NCBI GenBank assembly: GCA_964370245.1
Contig: CAYJIN010000002.1
Coordinates: forward strand, 841 to 64,840
Origin: an uncultured Desulfovibrionaceae bacterium
GTDB taxonomy: Bacteria; Desulfobacterota; Desulfovibrionia; Desulfovibrionales; Desulfovibrionaceae
Reading direction: 5' to 3'
DNA length: 64,000 nucleotides
The position numbers were made by a program, and so were the translations under genes. Of the stretch, positions 48,927 to 57,570 are shown piece after piece. The notes beneath the pieces are model-generated. The model saw nothing but the letters and a program-made list of their open reading frames with translations. It was not told the DNA's origin and ran no database searches. How positions within the stretch are numbered: position 1 is the stretch's first letter; each line of letters starts with the position of its first letter.

Positions 48927-50303
48927 ATGAGACTTATTGATATTTACAGACGTACTACTTCAGGAGAAAAAGTAGACGAAAGTTCATACGATCTTGATTA
49001 CGTATACTTTGGTCTTGAAGATGTTAAAGAAAAATATGACATCAAATATAGCCCAGAAAACCCAGTTTCTGCTGATGATGATTTAGCTGACCGTGTTTTC
49101 AATGCAGCTGTAGAATTCTTTGAAAAAACAGGTATGTACTGTTCAGATACAGGGCGTATTGTTAAATTTACACGTGAAGAAATTGAATTTGCTATTTCAG
49201 AAGAAGGCCATCGCCGTTGTATCGGTGGTGAAGGCGAAAGCCGTCGTGAATGGCGTTGCCGTCGTCCTGACGAACACAGCCGCCCATGGTGCCACATTGG
49301 TTCAGGTATCTACACAAGCTCAGACGAACTTTTCTTAAAACAAGTTGAAGCTTATGCTAGAATTGCTCGTGCTGACTCAATGGCAATTCCAACTCTTATG
49401 AACGATCCTGAAGGTAATGATAACAACGAAGATTTCGCTTCACATCCATCAGAAGTTATGGCTACAATGCACAACATGCGTTTAGCTCGTGAAGCATGTA
49501 AAAATGCTGGCCGTCCTGGCTTCCCAGTATTCAACGTTGTTCCTTCATCATCATGCGCAATGTCAACAATCGCTGCTTCACACCCTAACTGTGGAACACG
49601 CACATCAGACGGTTGGTTATGTGCATTCTATCCTGAATTCAAATTGAAATTAGAAACACTTAACAAAATCACTTTCATCAATGAAATTGGTGGTAACCCA
49701 GCTGCTGAAGCTTCAACACTTCTTGGCGGTTTCTGTGGTGGTCCTGAAAACACATCTATCGGTGTTGTTGCTCACGCTATCATGGGTTGCTTACTCAACT
49801 GTACTTACTACTTAAACTTCCCAGTTACAGTAAAAGGCGCTCACTCAACAAGCCGTCCTCTTCTTTGGAGCTTAGGTCTTGCTTCACAAGCGATTTCTCG
49901 TAACATATTCTTACCTACATACAACTCAGGTTACTCAGCACACGGTGCAGGTACTAAAGAATACTTCTATCAATCAGCTGCTTACATCTTAACAGGTGTT
50001 ACATCTGGTGTTACAACAGGTACTCCTTTCCCTGCTGTTGGTGTTAAAACTGATGGTATGACTCCAATGGAGCCATTATTCCACACATTAATGGCTGATG
50101 CTGCATCAAAATTAACACGTGCACAAGCTAACCCAATCGTTCTAAAACTTCTTGAAAAATATGAAGATAAATTAGACAATCCAGATCTTGGTTACACATT
50201 CCCAGAACTCTACGACCTTGATACAGTAACTCCAAAACCACATTACCAAAAAATGTTTGATGAAGTTATTGAAGAATTAAAAGCTTTAGGCGTGCCTTTA
50301 TAA
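48927..50303 (+). CDS. MtmB-family (monomethylamine methyltransferase-like) protein lacking pyrrolysine
   Basis: 458-aa uninterrupted ORF. It is colinear by eye with archaeal MtmB as I recall it (GMYCSDTGRIVKFTREEI; ACKNAGRPG; C-terminal TFPELYDLDTVTPKPHY...LKALGVPL). The position matching Pyl202 is TTC (Phe) at 49530-49532. Confidence 0.75.
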   Translation: MRLIDIYRRTTSGEKVDESSYDLDYVYFGLEDVKEKYDIKYSPENPVSADDDLADRVFNAAVEFFEKTGMYCSDTGRIVKFTREEIEFAISEEGHRRCIGGEGESRREWRCRRPDEHSRPWCHIGSGIYTSSDELFLKQVEAYARIARADSMAIPTLMNDPEGNDNNEDFASHPSEVMATMHNMRLAREACKNAGRPGFPVFNVVPSSSCAMSTIAASHPNCGTRTSDGWLCAFYPEFKLKLETLNKITFINEIGGNPAAEASTLLGGFCGGPENTSIGVVAHAIMGCLLNCTYYLNFPVTVKGAHSTSRPLLWSLGLASQAISRNIFLPTYNSGYSAHGAGTKEYFYQSAAYILTGVTSGVTTGTPFPAVGVKTDGMTPMEPLFHTLMADAASKLTRAQANPIVLKLLEKYEDKLDNPDLGYTFPELYDLDTVTPKPHYQKMFDEVIEELKALGVPL

Positions 50304-50338
50304 GCCACTTGCTTATAATACGACCTAGTTACTAGATT

Positions 50339-50372
50339 AAGGGAAAGTAAAGAAATTTGCTTTCCCTTTTTT
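50339..50372 (+). terminator. rho-independent terminator after the MtmB-like gene
   Basis: AAGGGAAAG (50339-50347) pairs with CTTTCCCTT (50360-50368), followed by TTTT. Confidence 0.85.
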
Positions 50373-50500
50373 AAAATCAATATTTTCCATATTTTTCTAT
50401 GGAACTATACTACTTTTTTATTTCAGCTTTATATCTTATACTATATTTTCTTATTTAGATTATTCCATTGAATGAAATAAAGAAAGAAGATGGAGTTTTT

Positions 50501-52036
50501 ATGAATAATGAAAAAATACCACATATTTACAAAAATTTAAATGTTTCACTTTTTTGTGTAACTATTACTTCTTTGATAGCTATTCTTAGCTACGCTTTTT
50601 TTGATTTTACTGCATTTAGTGAAACAATTAATTTTCTCAGAAGTGCTATAATTTCTAATATTTCTTGGTTTATTGTTATTAGTTTGAATGTTTTTCTATG
50701 TTTTTTACTTTATTTAGCTTTTTCAAAATATGGTGAAAAAAAACTAGGTAAAGACGATGAAAAACCTGAACTTTCAACTTTTTCTTGGGTTGCTTTACTT
50801 TTTGGTGCTGGCGTTGGTTCTGGCTTTTGTTTTTGGCCAATTGTTGAACCTTTATGGCATTACTATACAACACCATATCTCTATGAATCACAAACTAAAG
50901 AAGCACTTAGTCTAGCAAAAGCAATCACCTTTTATAATTGGGGTTTTCATATGTGGACACCCTGGGCTTTGGTTGCCTTAGCAATTGCTGTTCCAGCTTT
51001 TCGCCAATCAAAACCCATGACAATATCTGGTTCATTATTAGGTATCTTAAAAGAGAAAACTGATACCTCAATTTATGGAAAAATAGCCTCTATTATTGGG
51101 ATGATAGGAACTATTTTTGCCATTTCTATGGCATTAGCGACTGGAATTTTACTAATTTCAGCTGGCATATATGATGTTTTTGGCATAGAAGTAACTCCAC
51201 TGCATCAAATATATATAATGATTATCTTTACAATTATTTATGTAACTGCTGCATGTTCAGGCCTTGAAAAAGGTATGACTTTCTTAGGCGATTCTAACAT
51301 TTACATACTTGCAATTTGGTTTAGTTTTCTTCTTATTTCAGGGCCGACAGCTACTATGCTCAACGGTATAATAGACACACTTGGCGCTTACACAAGTTCA
51401 TTTTTTAAAATGGCATTATTCACCGATTCTACAAAACAAACCGATAATTGGCCTGGCACTTGGAGTATCTTTTATTATCTATGGAATATTGCATGGGCAC
51501 CTTATGTTGGCGGTTTTATTGCAAGAATTTCTCGTGGACGCACTATTCGACAGTTCATACTTGGAGTTTTGATTCTACCCGTAACAGTAACACTTGTTTG
51601 GGTTGGAATTATGGGCACAGGCGCTCAATATGTTGATCAAAATCAACTGCTTGATATTATGGCAAGAGTAAATAAAGACCCTGCTTTAGTTGTTTATGCT
51701 CTTATTGAAGCTTTTGGTGGTGGTATATTCATGAAAAGTCTAATATTACTAAACATAATAACTTTTGTTCTTACTGCTGCAAATTGCGCTTCATATTTTA
51801 TTGCAATGCAAATGACAAATGGTTCACTTAATCCACCGAAATTTCACCTTATTATTTGGGGAATTATTATTGGACTTTTAGCTATTATCGTTATAAATTT
51901 AGGTGGCGTAAGTGGAATTCAAGCAATAGCAGTTATTGCTGGCGCGCCATTTCTGTTTATTGTATGGATTATGGCTTTTTCACTTTTCTTATATTTAAAA
52001 AATGAAGAACAATTCTTCAATATACATAGCAAATAA
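50501..52036 (+). CDS. BCCT-family transporter, copy 3 (divergent)
   Basis: BCCT signature WSIFYYLWNIAWAPYVGGFIARISRGRTIRQF. The start is set at the ATG 5 nt after GGAG; the track ORF begins at a TTG at 50468. Confidence 0.88.
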   Translation: MNNEKIPHIYKNLNVSLFCVTITSLIAILSYAFFDFTAFSETINFLRSAIISNISWFIVISLNVFLCFLLYLAFSKYGEKKLGKDDEKPELSTFSWVALLFGAGVGSGFCFWPIVEPLWHYYTTPYLYESQTKEALSLAKAITFYNWGFHMWTPWALVALAIAVPAFRQSKPMTISGSLLGILKEKTDTSIYGKIASIIGMIGTIFAISMALATGILLISAGIYDVFGIEVTPLHQIYIMIIFTIIYVTAACSGLEKGMTFLGDSNIYILAIWFSFLLISGPTATMLNGIIDTLGAYTSSFFKMALFTDSTKQTDNWPGTWSIFYYLWNIAWAPYVGGFIARISRGRTIRQFILGVLILPVTVTLVWVGIMGTGAQYVDQNQLLDIMARVNKDPALVVYALIEAFGGGIFMKSLILLNIITFVLTAANCASYFIAMQMTNGSLNPPKFHLIIWGIIIGLLAIIVINLGGVSGIQAIAVIAGAPFLFIVWIMAFSLFLYLKNEEQFFNIHSK

Positions 52037-52048
52037 ATAGGTTATAAA

Positions 52049-52822
52049 ATGTCACAACTTTCCAATGAATTAAATTCTTTATTTTCAGCAGCAAAAGATG
52101 AAAAAACTTTTATTATTGCCTGCGATGTTTTTCGCAATGAATTAGAATATTTATGCAAAAAAAATTCTTATGCACCAACTATAATTTATCTTGAACAAGG
52201 CTTGCATGAATTACCAGCAACTATTGTAGAAGGCGTGCAAAAAGAAATTGATAAACTTGAAGAAGAACATGCTCCTGAAAGAATTTTCCTTGCTTATGGT
52301 TTATGTGGTAGAGGCCTCAGTGGCGTTCACTCTAAAAAGGCTCTACTGATTGTACCAAAAGTGCATGACTGCGTTCCACTCTTGCTTGGTACTGGCCCTG
52401 ATAATGATATTCGCCCACGCGAAAATGCTGAAACTTATTGGCTTTCCGCTGGTTGGTCAAGCTATTCTTGTAATTTCCACATAAAAGAAAGAGAAGAACG
52501 CTATAAAAAATATGTTGAAGATTATGGCCAAGATTCTGCTGATTATCTTATGGAAGTTGAGTATGCATGGAAAACTCAATATAAAGCTGTGTGTTTTATT
52601 CGATGGGAAGCAATTATCAATGATGAGATTATCAAAAACTCAAAAGCAGTTGTTGCGGATATGGGCTTACCTTATACTGAAACACAAGGTTCCTCTGACT
52701 ATTTAGAAGAGTTTTTGCGTGGTGGTGGCAATAAAAATAATTTTTTCCATATCGAACCCTACTTCACTCTTGATTTAGATACAGAAGGTAAACTTACGCT
52801 TTTACCAGTAAAAACAGATTAG
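52049..52822 (+). CDS. DUF1638-like protein (copy 1)
   Basis: 257-aa ORF with the motifs IIACDVFRNELE, YLEQGLHELP, YGLCGRGL and VHDCVPLLLG. It lies 12 nt downstream of BCCT-3. The family name is from memory. Confidence 0.6.
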   Translation: MSQLSNELNSLFSAAKDEKTFIIACDVFRNELEYLCKKNSYAPTIIYLEQGLHELPATIVEGVQKEIDKLEEEHAPERIFLAYGLCGRGLSGVHSKKALLIVPKVHDCVPLLLGTGPDNDIRPRENAETYWLSAGWSSYSCNFHIKEREERYKKYVEDYGQDSADYLMEVEYAWKTQYKAVCFIRWEAIINDEIIKNSKAVVADMGLPYTETQGSSDYLEEFLRGGGNKNNFFHIEPYFTLDLDTEGKLTLLPVKTD

Positions 52823-52843
52823 CTTAAGTTATGCTATATAAAT

Positions 52844-52877
52844 AGACTAGCCATTTATAAAATGCTAGTCTTTTTTT
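52844..52877 (+). terminator. rho-independent terminator after DUF1638 copy 1
   Basis: AGACTAGC (52844-52851) pairs with GCTAGTCT (52864-52871), followed by a T run to 52877. Confidence 0.85.
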
Positions 52878-52927
52878 ATGTAATACTTTAACTTTAAAAT
52901 ATATTTATTATTATATTTCAGATAGTT

Positions 52928-53653
52928 TTATATTTGTTTTACAGATAAAATTCCTTCATTATTTAAGTGTAAATAATCGCCTGCTTTTACGTGGAAAAAT
53001 TTATTAGTATCTACTCCACCCTCAACAAATTCTTTCAAATACCAGCTTTCACCTGTAATAATTTCAAGTGGAAGTTCACAAATATTAGCAATATCTTGTG
53101 CGCCTTTATTGCCTGTGATTAATTCTTCTTTAAAAATTTCATCCCATTTCACAAAAGTTACGTTTTTATACATTTTAGTGAAATCAAATTCAACACCAAT
53201 TAAATAATCTGCCGTATCTTCATCATACTTTTCTAGATATTCTTGATATCTTTCTTCTTTATCTCTGATATATCTGCATGTTGCATAATCAATCCAACCT
53301 GCTGAAAGCCAAACTGTTTCAGCAAAGCGCGAATCACGCCTTTCACCATCTGGCCCTGTTCCAAGAATAAGAGGAATACAATCATGCGTTTTAGGGAAAA
53401 TAAGTAATGCTTTTTCTGCAGTTACTGTTTCAAGCCCTGTTCCACAAAAACCAAAACCCATCAAAATTTCATCAGGTGCAAATTCTTCTTCCATTTTATT
53501 CACAGCTTCTTGTGTTTCAGCTCGTAATTTATCAGGATAATAATGCAAACCTTGCTCAAGGTAAACAATACAATATTCATTACTTTTTTGAGAAATAAGA
53601 AATTCAATTTCTGGCCTAAAGACTTCGCATGAAATTATATACTTTTTTTTCAT
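52928..53653 (-). CDS. DUF1638-like protein (copy 2)
   Basis: 241-aa ORF, paralog of 52049..52822 with the same motif set (IISCEVFRPEIE, YLEQGLHYYP, FGFCGTGL, THDCIPLILG). GGAG RBS. Confidence 0.6.
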   Translation of the reverse strand: MKKKYIISCEVFRPEIEFLISQKSNEYCIVYLEQGLHYYPDKLRAETQEAVNKMEEEFAPDEILMGFGFCGTGLETVTAEKALLIFPKTHDCIPLILGTGPDGERRDSRFAETVWLSAGWIDYATCRYIRDKEERYQEYLEKYDEDTADYLIGVEFDFTKMYKNVTFVKWDEIFKEELITGNKGAQDIANICELPLEIITGESWYLKEFVEGGVDTNKFFHVKAGDYLHLNNEGILSVKQI

Positions 53654-53724
53654 AAATTACTCCAGTGAACAAAAGTTGAACTAAATATAACAGCGCTAAA
53701 GTATAAAATCAAGATATCTTATAA

Positions 53725-53750
53725 CAAAAAAAGCCCGATAAAATCGAGCC
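53725..53750 (-). terminator. rho-independent terminator after yhhQ
   Basis: On the minus strand GCTCGAT pairs with ATCGGGC (one G-U), followed by T7-8. Confidence 0.75.
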
Positions 53751-53775
53751 TTAGTTTAATATTGCTGTATTTTAT

Positions 53776-54474
53776 CTATGATTTTTCATTTTTTTTGATA
53801 ATACGTGAAAGATAAACAACAGGAGTATCACAAATAGCCGTTACAGCAAAAATAGTATATGAAGAAATAATAATGCTAATAATGATTTCTATTTCAAAAA
53901 CATTATAGAATGCTAAAATTGTAAATAAAACAGTATTAAAAATTTGTGAAATTAGTGTAGAACAGTTATTTCTAAACCATAATCCTCTTTTAGTATTACC
54001 AAAATAATTTTTCGATTTTTCCCAAAGTATGTGATATAGCTGAACATCTAACCATTGTGAAAATGCATAAACTGCTAAACCAGCAAACATAACACGTGGT
54101 GTTGATGTGAAAATCTCTTTAATTGAACTAAATGCCCAATCGTTTACACTTGGTGTATATAACAGCCAAATTTGACTTATAAAAATAAAAGAAACGCTTG
54201 AAAGTATACCAATCTTTACAGCTCTATTCGCATCTTCCTTAGATTCATTTTCAGACAAAATATCAGAAACTAAAAAGTTTGAAGCAAATAAAACATTACC
54301 TAAAGTTTGCTCAATTCCAAATGCATCAACAAGTATAAGAACTTCAATATTTGCAGCTATTGAGAGAATGGCTGTCCAAGAATAAAGCCCAACTTTACCA
54401 AAAAATTTATAAAAAACCAAAACCATTGAATATGCAAAAAACATTGAAAAAATTAAAAGAATTTCGTTTGTCAT
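53776..54474 (-). CDS. yhhQ: queuosine-precursor transporter (YhhQ/VUT family)
   Basis: 232-aa polytopic ORF with YhhQ-like blocks (FASNFLVSDILSE, RVMFAGLAVYAFSQWLDVQLYH, LWFRNNCSTLISQ). GAGGAAAAA RBS. Confidence 0.8.
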   Translation of the reverse strand: MTNEILLIFSMFFAYSMVLVFYKFFGKVGLYSWTAILSIAANIEVLILVDAFGIEQTLGNVLFASNFLVSDILSENESKEDANRAVKIGILSSVSFIFISQIWLLYTPSVNDWAFSSIKEIFTSTPRVMFAGLAVYAFSQWLDVQLYHILWEKSKNYFGNTKRGLWFRNNCSTLISQIFNTVLFTILAFYNVFEIEIIISIIISSYTIFAVTAICDTPVVYLSRIIKKNEKS

Positions 54475-54660
54475 TTTTTCCTCAAAAACATGCTGAAAAG
54501 CAATTATGTTAGATTAATACAATATAAAATATAAAAAATCATAAAAATAACTTCATAAAAAGTGAAGTAAACCAAAAAATGAAAGGTATATCTATAATAT
54601 AAGTATTCTTCTCATTATTTTCTCCTAAAATAAGAGAAACCATCTTCAAAAGTGAAGTAG

Positions 54661-54702
54661 TTCCTAGTTTTGTTTATAGACAGGATGGTCAACGAACTGT
54701 CT
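54661..54702 (-). promoter_or_regulatory. preQ1-I riboswitch aptamer candidate
   Basis: The minus strand reads AGACAG-UUCGUUGACCAUC-CUGUCU-AUAAACAAAACUAGGA. That is a 5-6 bp P1 stem, UUC after the 5' arm of P1 and an A-rich ...AAAACUAGG tail, as in Bacillus and Thermoanaerobacter preQ1-I. It lies upstream of yhhQ. Confidence 0.6.
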
Positions 54703-54894
54703 TGCAATAAAAAATTTTGCTACAAAGTAAAAGTTTACTATACATTATTTTTATACAATAAAAACTCACTTTGACTGCGCATTAGAATATATTTTAGTCA
54801 TTTTAGCAAGAAGAATAATATTCTGATATATCAACAAATTAGACAAGTTGAAGGCAAAATTATTTGACGAACTTTAATAAAAGTCTTATTATAC

Positions 54895-54921
54895 TATAGT
54901 AATTAGAAATTAAGTCGATAA
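54895..54921 (+). promoter_or_regulatory. sigma28 (FliA)-type promoter candidate for the chemoreceptor gene
   Basis: TATAGTAA-N11-GTCGATAA, compared with the consensus TAAAGTTT-N11-GCCGATAA. It lies about 95 nt upstream of ATG 55019. Confidence 0.45.
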
Positions 54922-55018
54922 GATTTATGTGAAATTTAATCTATAAATTAGCTTAGATTTTATTACTTTTAGAAAACATTTCATAAATAACTGTTTTTAT
55001 CTCTACTTTGGAGGCTGT

Positions 55019-57439
55019 ATGACAAGCAAACTTCGCATCATATTAGGTTTTACTTTTCTAACCTGTATGACAATCTTTTTAGCATTTATAAGCTATCAAT
55101 CTGCAAGTGAATCAAGTAAAAATTTAGAAGAATTTTTAAATTTCGATTCTGCTGATTCAATCACTTATAGAACAGAAATTGATATTTATAAAATTGCTTA
55201 CCACCTTGATCAATTTAGTTTACATCAAAATCAATCAGATATTGATAGTGTAAAAGCTTCTGTTAAGCGTGCTCTTGATGATAATAAACAGCTTATTAAT
55301 ATAGTACCTGATAAATCGAAAAGTAAAATTCAAGATATTGTTACATATTTAGAACAATTAAATAAATCCTTAGACAATTATTTTACACATAGTAGAGAGC
55401 TAAGAAAAGCTATAACTACGGATTTAGTTTTTGCTGAAAAAGAACTTATGAAAGCTTTATCAGATATTCTACATCTTATGTTTAACGCAAATGATTTGGA
55501 AGCTATAGAGAAAGTAAATGAAGCTGAGAGAGAAATTATAAATTACCAAGGACATTTAGAAGCTTATCTACTTTCACAAAATCAAAAATCCTTTGAAAAG
55601 GCTATAGAAGCTGAAGAAATCCTCTTAGAAGATATTAATAGTATTTTAGAAATGAAAGATAAACACTTCTTTGCGGATATAACTCCTTTTGATAGTCTTG
55701 AATCAAAAAGAATCAATTTTGAAGAAATAGCACATAAACTTGAAGCGGAAAGTAGTAAATTAGCAGAAGAAATATCTGAATTAGATACTATTCGCTCAAA
55801 TATCATGAAGATTATTTTACCATTAAGCATTACTGCTGCTGATGGTGCAAAAAACGAGTTAAAAGCGGTAACTAATCTTTCACAAAATGCATCAAAACAA
55901 GTGCTTATAATTTCTGCAATAGCTGTTATTGTAAGTGCTTTAGTAACTATTATTATTGTTACTAAGCTTTCTTCTACTCTTACAAAAATGGCTAATTATG
56001 CACAAAGTATAGCACAAGGGCGTTTTGATGCACATTCTGGCATTACAGAAAAAGGCGATATTGGTCTTGTATTAAATGGTATAAAAGAAATCACTAATAC
56101 ACTTACTACACTAAAAGAAGATTTTTATACAAATGCCAATAGTGTTTCTAGTGGTTACTTGGCTAGTGAAATTGAAAAAGACAAATATAACAATAGTTTC
56201 GCAGACCTAGCAAATAATTTCAATATTATGGCTAGTTGTTATCGTAAACTAATTGATACTATGTCAGTTGCTGTATTTACTGCAACTTCTGATAATACAA
56301 TACTTTATATAAATGAAATAGGTAAAAAATTCATAAAAAATGATAATCCTCTTGGCACAAATTGTGGCAACCATTTTAGGTCACCTGCATGTGGTAATGA
56401 AAACTGTCTTGGATTAACAGCATTCAATAAAGGTGATCAAATAAATGCTATTGCACCATGTTTGCCAAATAATGAAGAATATTTCTTTGATGTACAAGCA
56501 AGCCCACTCTATGATTTAAACAATCAACCTATTGGTTATGTTGAATTTTTAGCTGATATTACTAAAGTTCAAAAACAAGGTCAGGCAATCAAGCAAATGA
56601 CTGATCAAGCAATTGAAGTTGCTGCAAGGGTTGCTTCAGCAGCTGATGAACTTTCATCACAAACTGAATATATTGTTGAAGGATCAAATTTCCAACGTGA
56701 ACGAATTGAAAGCACTAGCACTGCAATGACTGAAATGAATGCCTCTGTGCAAGAGGTTGCTTCAAACGCTTCAAATACTGCAGATCAAAGTAATATCGTT
56801 CTTGAAAAAGCAAGAGAAGGAATTACAACAATTCTTAAAATGTCAGAAGCTATGAGTTCATTAACAAATTCTGCTGAAAATCTTAAATCAAATATGGAAA
56901 AACTTGATAGCCTTTCTGAAGGTATTGGAAGCATTATCAATGTGATCAACGATATTGCAGATCAAACTAACCTACTTGCATTAAACGCCGCTATTGAAGC
57001 AGCAAGAGCTGGCGAAGCTGGACGTGGATTTGCTGTTGTTGCTGATGAAGTAAGAAAACTTGCTGAAAAAACAATGGATGCAACTCGTGAAGTTGGTGAA
57101 AGTGTTCGCTCAATTCAAGATTCAAGTAATGCAAATCAAGATGAAGTGAAACGTGTTGTTCTTCAAATTACACAAACAGCTGAATTTGCAGAACTTTCAG
57201 AAAGCTCATTGCAAGAAATTGCAAGCGTAACAGGTCAAAACACAGATATGATTCATCAAATTGCAAATGCTGCTGGTGAACAAACAACAGTTTCAGAAGA
57301 AATTTCACAATCAATGAGCGATATTAATGAAGTTGTGAATAAAAATGCTGAAGCTATATTGCAGTCCGCTGATGCAATTCGTGAATTAGCAAAGCAAGCG
57401 CAAGAACTGCAAGATTCAATGAGCAAAGTTAGTTTCTAA
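55019..57439 (+). CDS. methyl-accepting chemotaxis protein (helical periplasmic sensor, HAMP, Cys-rich PAS-like domain, MA domain)
   Basis: 806-aa ORF with an N-terminal TM segment and a second TM near residue 300. The conserved signalling hairpin is present ([38 protein letters not shown]). GGAGG RBS. Confidence 0.92.
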   Translation: MTSKLRIILGFTFLTCMTIFLAFISYQSASESSKNLEEFLNFDSADSITYRTEIDIYKIAYHLDQFSLHQNQSDIDSVKASVKRALDDNKQLINIVPDKSKSKIQDIVTYLEQLNKSLDNYFTHSRELRKAITTDLVFAEKELMKALSDILHLMFNANDLEAIEKVNEAEREIINYQGHLEAYLLSQNQKSFEKAIEAEEILLEDINSILEMKDKHFFADITPFDSLESKRINFEEIAHKLEAESSKLAEEISELDTIRSNIMKIILPLSITAADGAKNELKAVTNLSQNASKQVLIISAIAVIVSALVTIIIVTKLSSTLTKMANYAQSIAQGRFDAHSGITEKGDIGLVLNGIKEITNTLTTLKEDFYTNANSVSSGYLASEIEKDKYNNSFADLANNFNIMASCYRKLIDTMSVAVFTATSDNTILYINEIGKKFIKNDNPLGTNCGNHFRSPACGNENCLGLTAFNKGDQINAIAPCLPNNEEYFFDVQASPLYDLNNQPIGYVEFLADITKVQKQGQAIKQMTDQAIEVAARVASAADELSSQTEYIVEGSNFQRERIESTSTAMTEMNASVQEVASNASNTADQSNIVLEKAREGITTILKMSEAMSSLTNSAENLKSNMEKLDSLSEGIGSIINVINDIADQTNLLALNAAIEAARAGEAGRGFAVVADEVRKLAEKTMDATREVGESVRSIQDSSNANQDEVKRVVLQITQTAEFAELSESSLQEIASVTGQNTDMIHQIANAAGEQTTVSEEISQSMSDINEVVNKNAEAILQSADAIRELAKQAQELQDSMSKVSF

Positions 57440-57460
57440 ATTCGTGTTATAAAGAAAATA

Positions 57461-57490
57461 AAAGGGAATTGAAACTCAATTCCCTTTTTT
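57461..57490 (+). terminator. rho-independent terminator after the chemoreceptor gene
   Basis: AAAGGGAATTGA (57461-57472) pairs with TCAATTCCCTTT (57476-57487), followed by TTT. Confidence 0.88.
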
Positions 57491-57493
57491 GTT

Positions 57494-57518
57494 TACTATT
57501 AGATACTATTAGATACTA
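57494..57518. repeat. 10-bp tandem repeat, 2.5 copies
   Basis: TACTATTAGA TACTATTAGA TACTA, directly after the terminator. Confidence 0.85.
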
Positions 57519-57570
57519 AAAAAATTCCAACATAAACAATACTATCATCACATCCTAATACGAGAAAATT

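Noticed and set aside
45436-50303. Looked for in-frame TAG (pyrrolysine) codons or pyl genes associated with the MttB-like and MtmB-like genes
   Set aside because: Both ORFs are continuous in the provided track with no internal stop, and no pylS/pylBCD-like ORF is in the window. They are therefore non-Pyl members.
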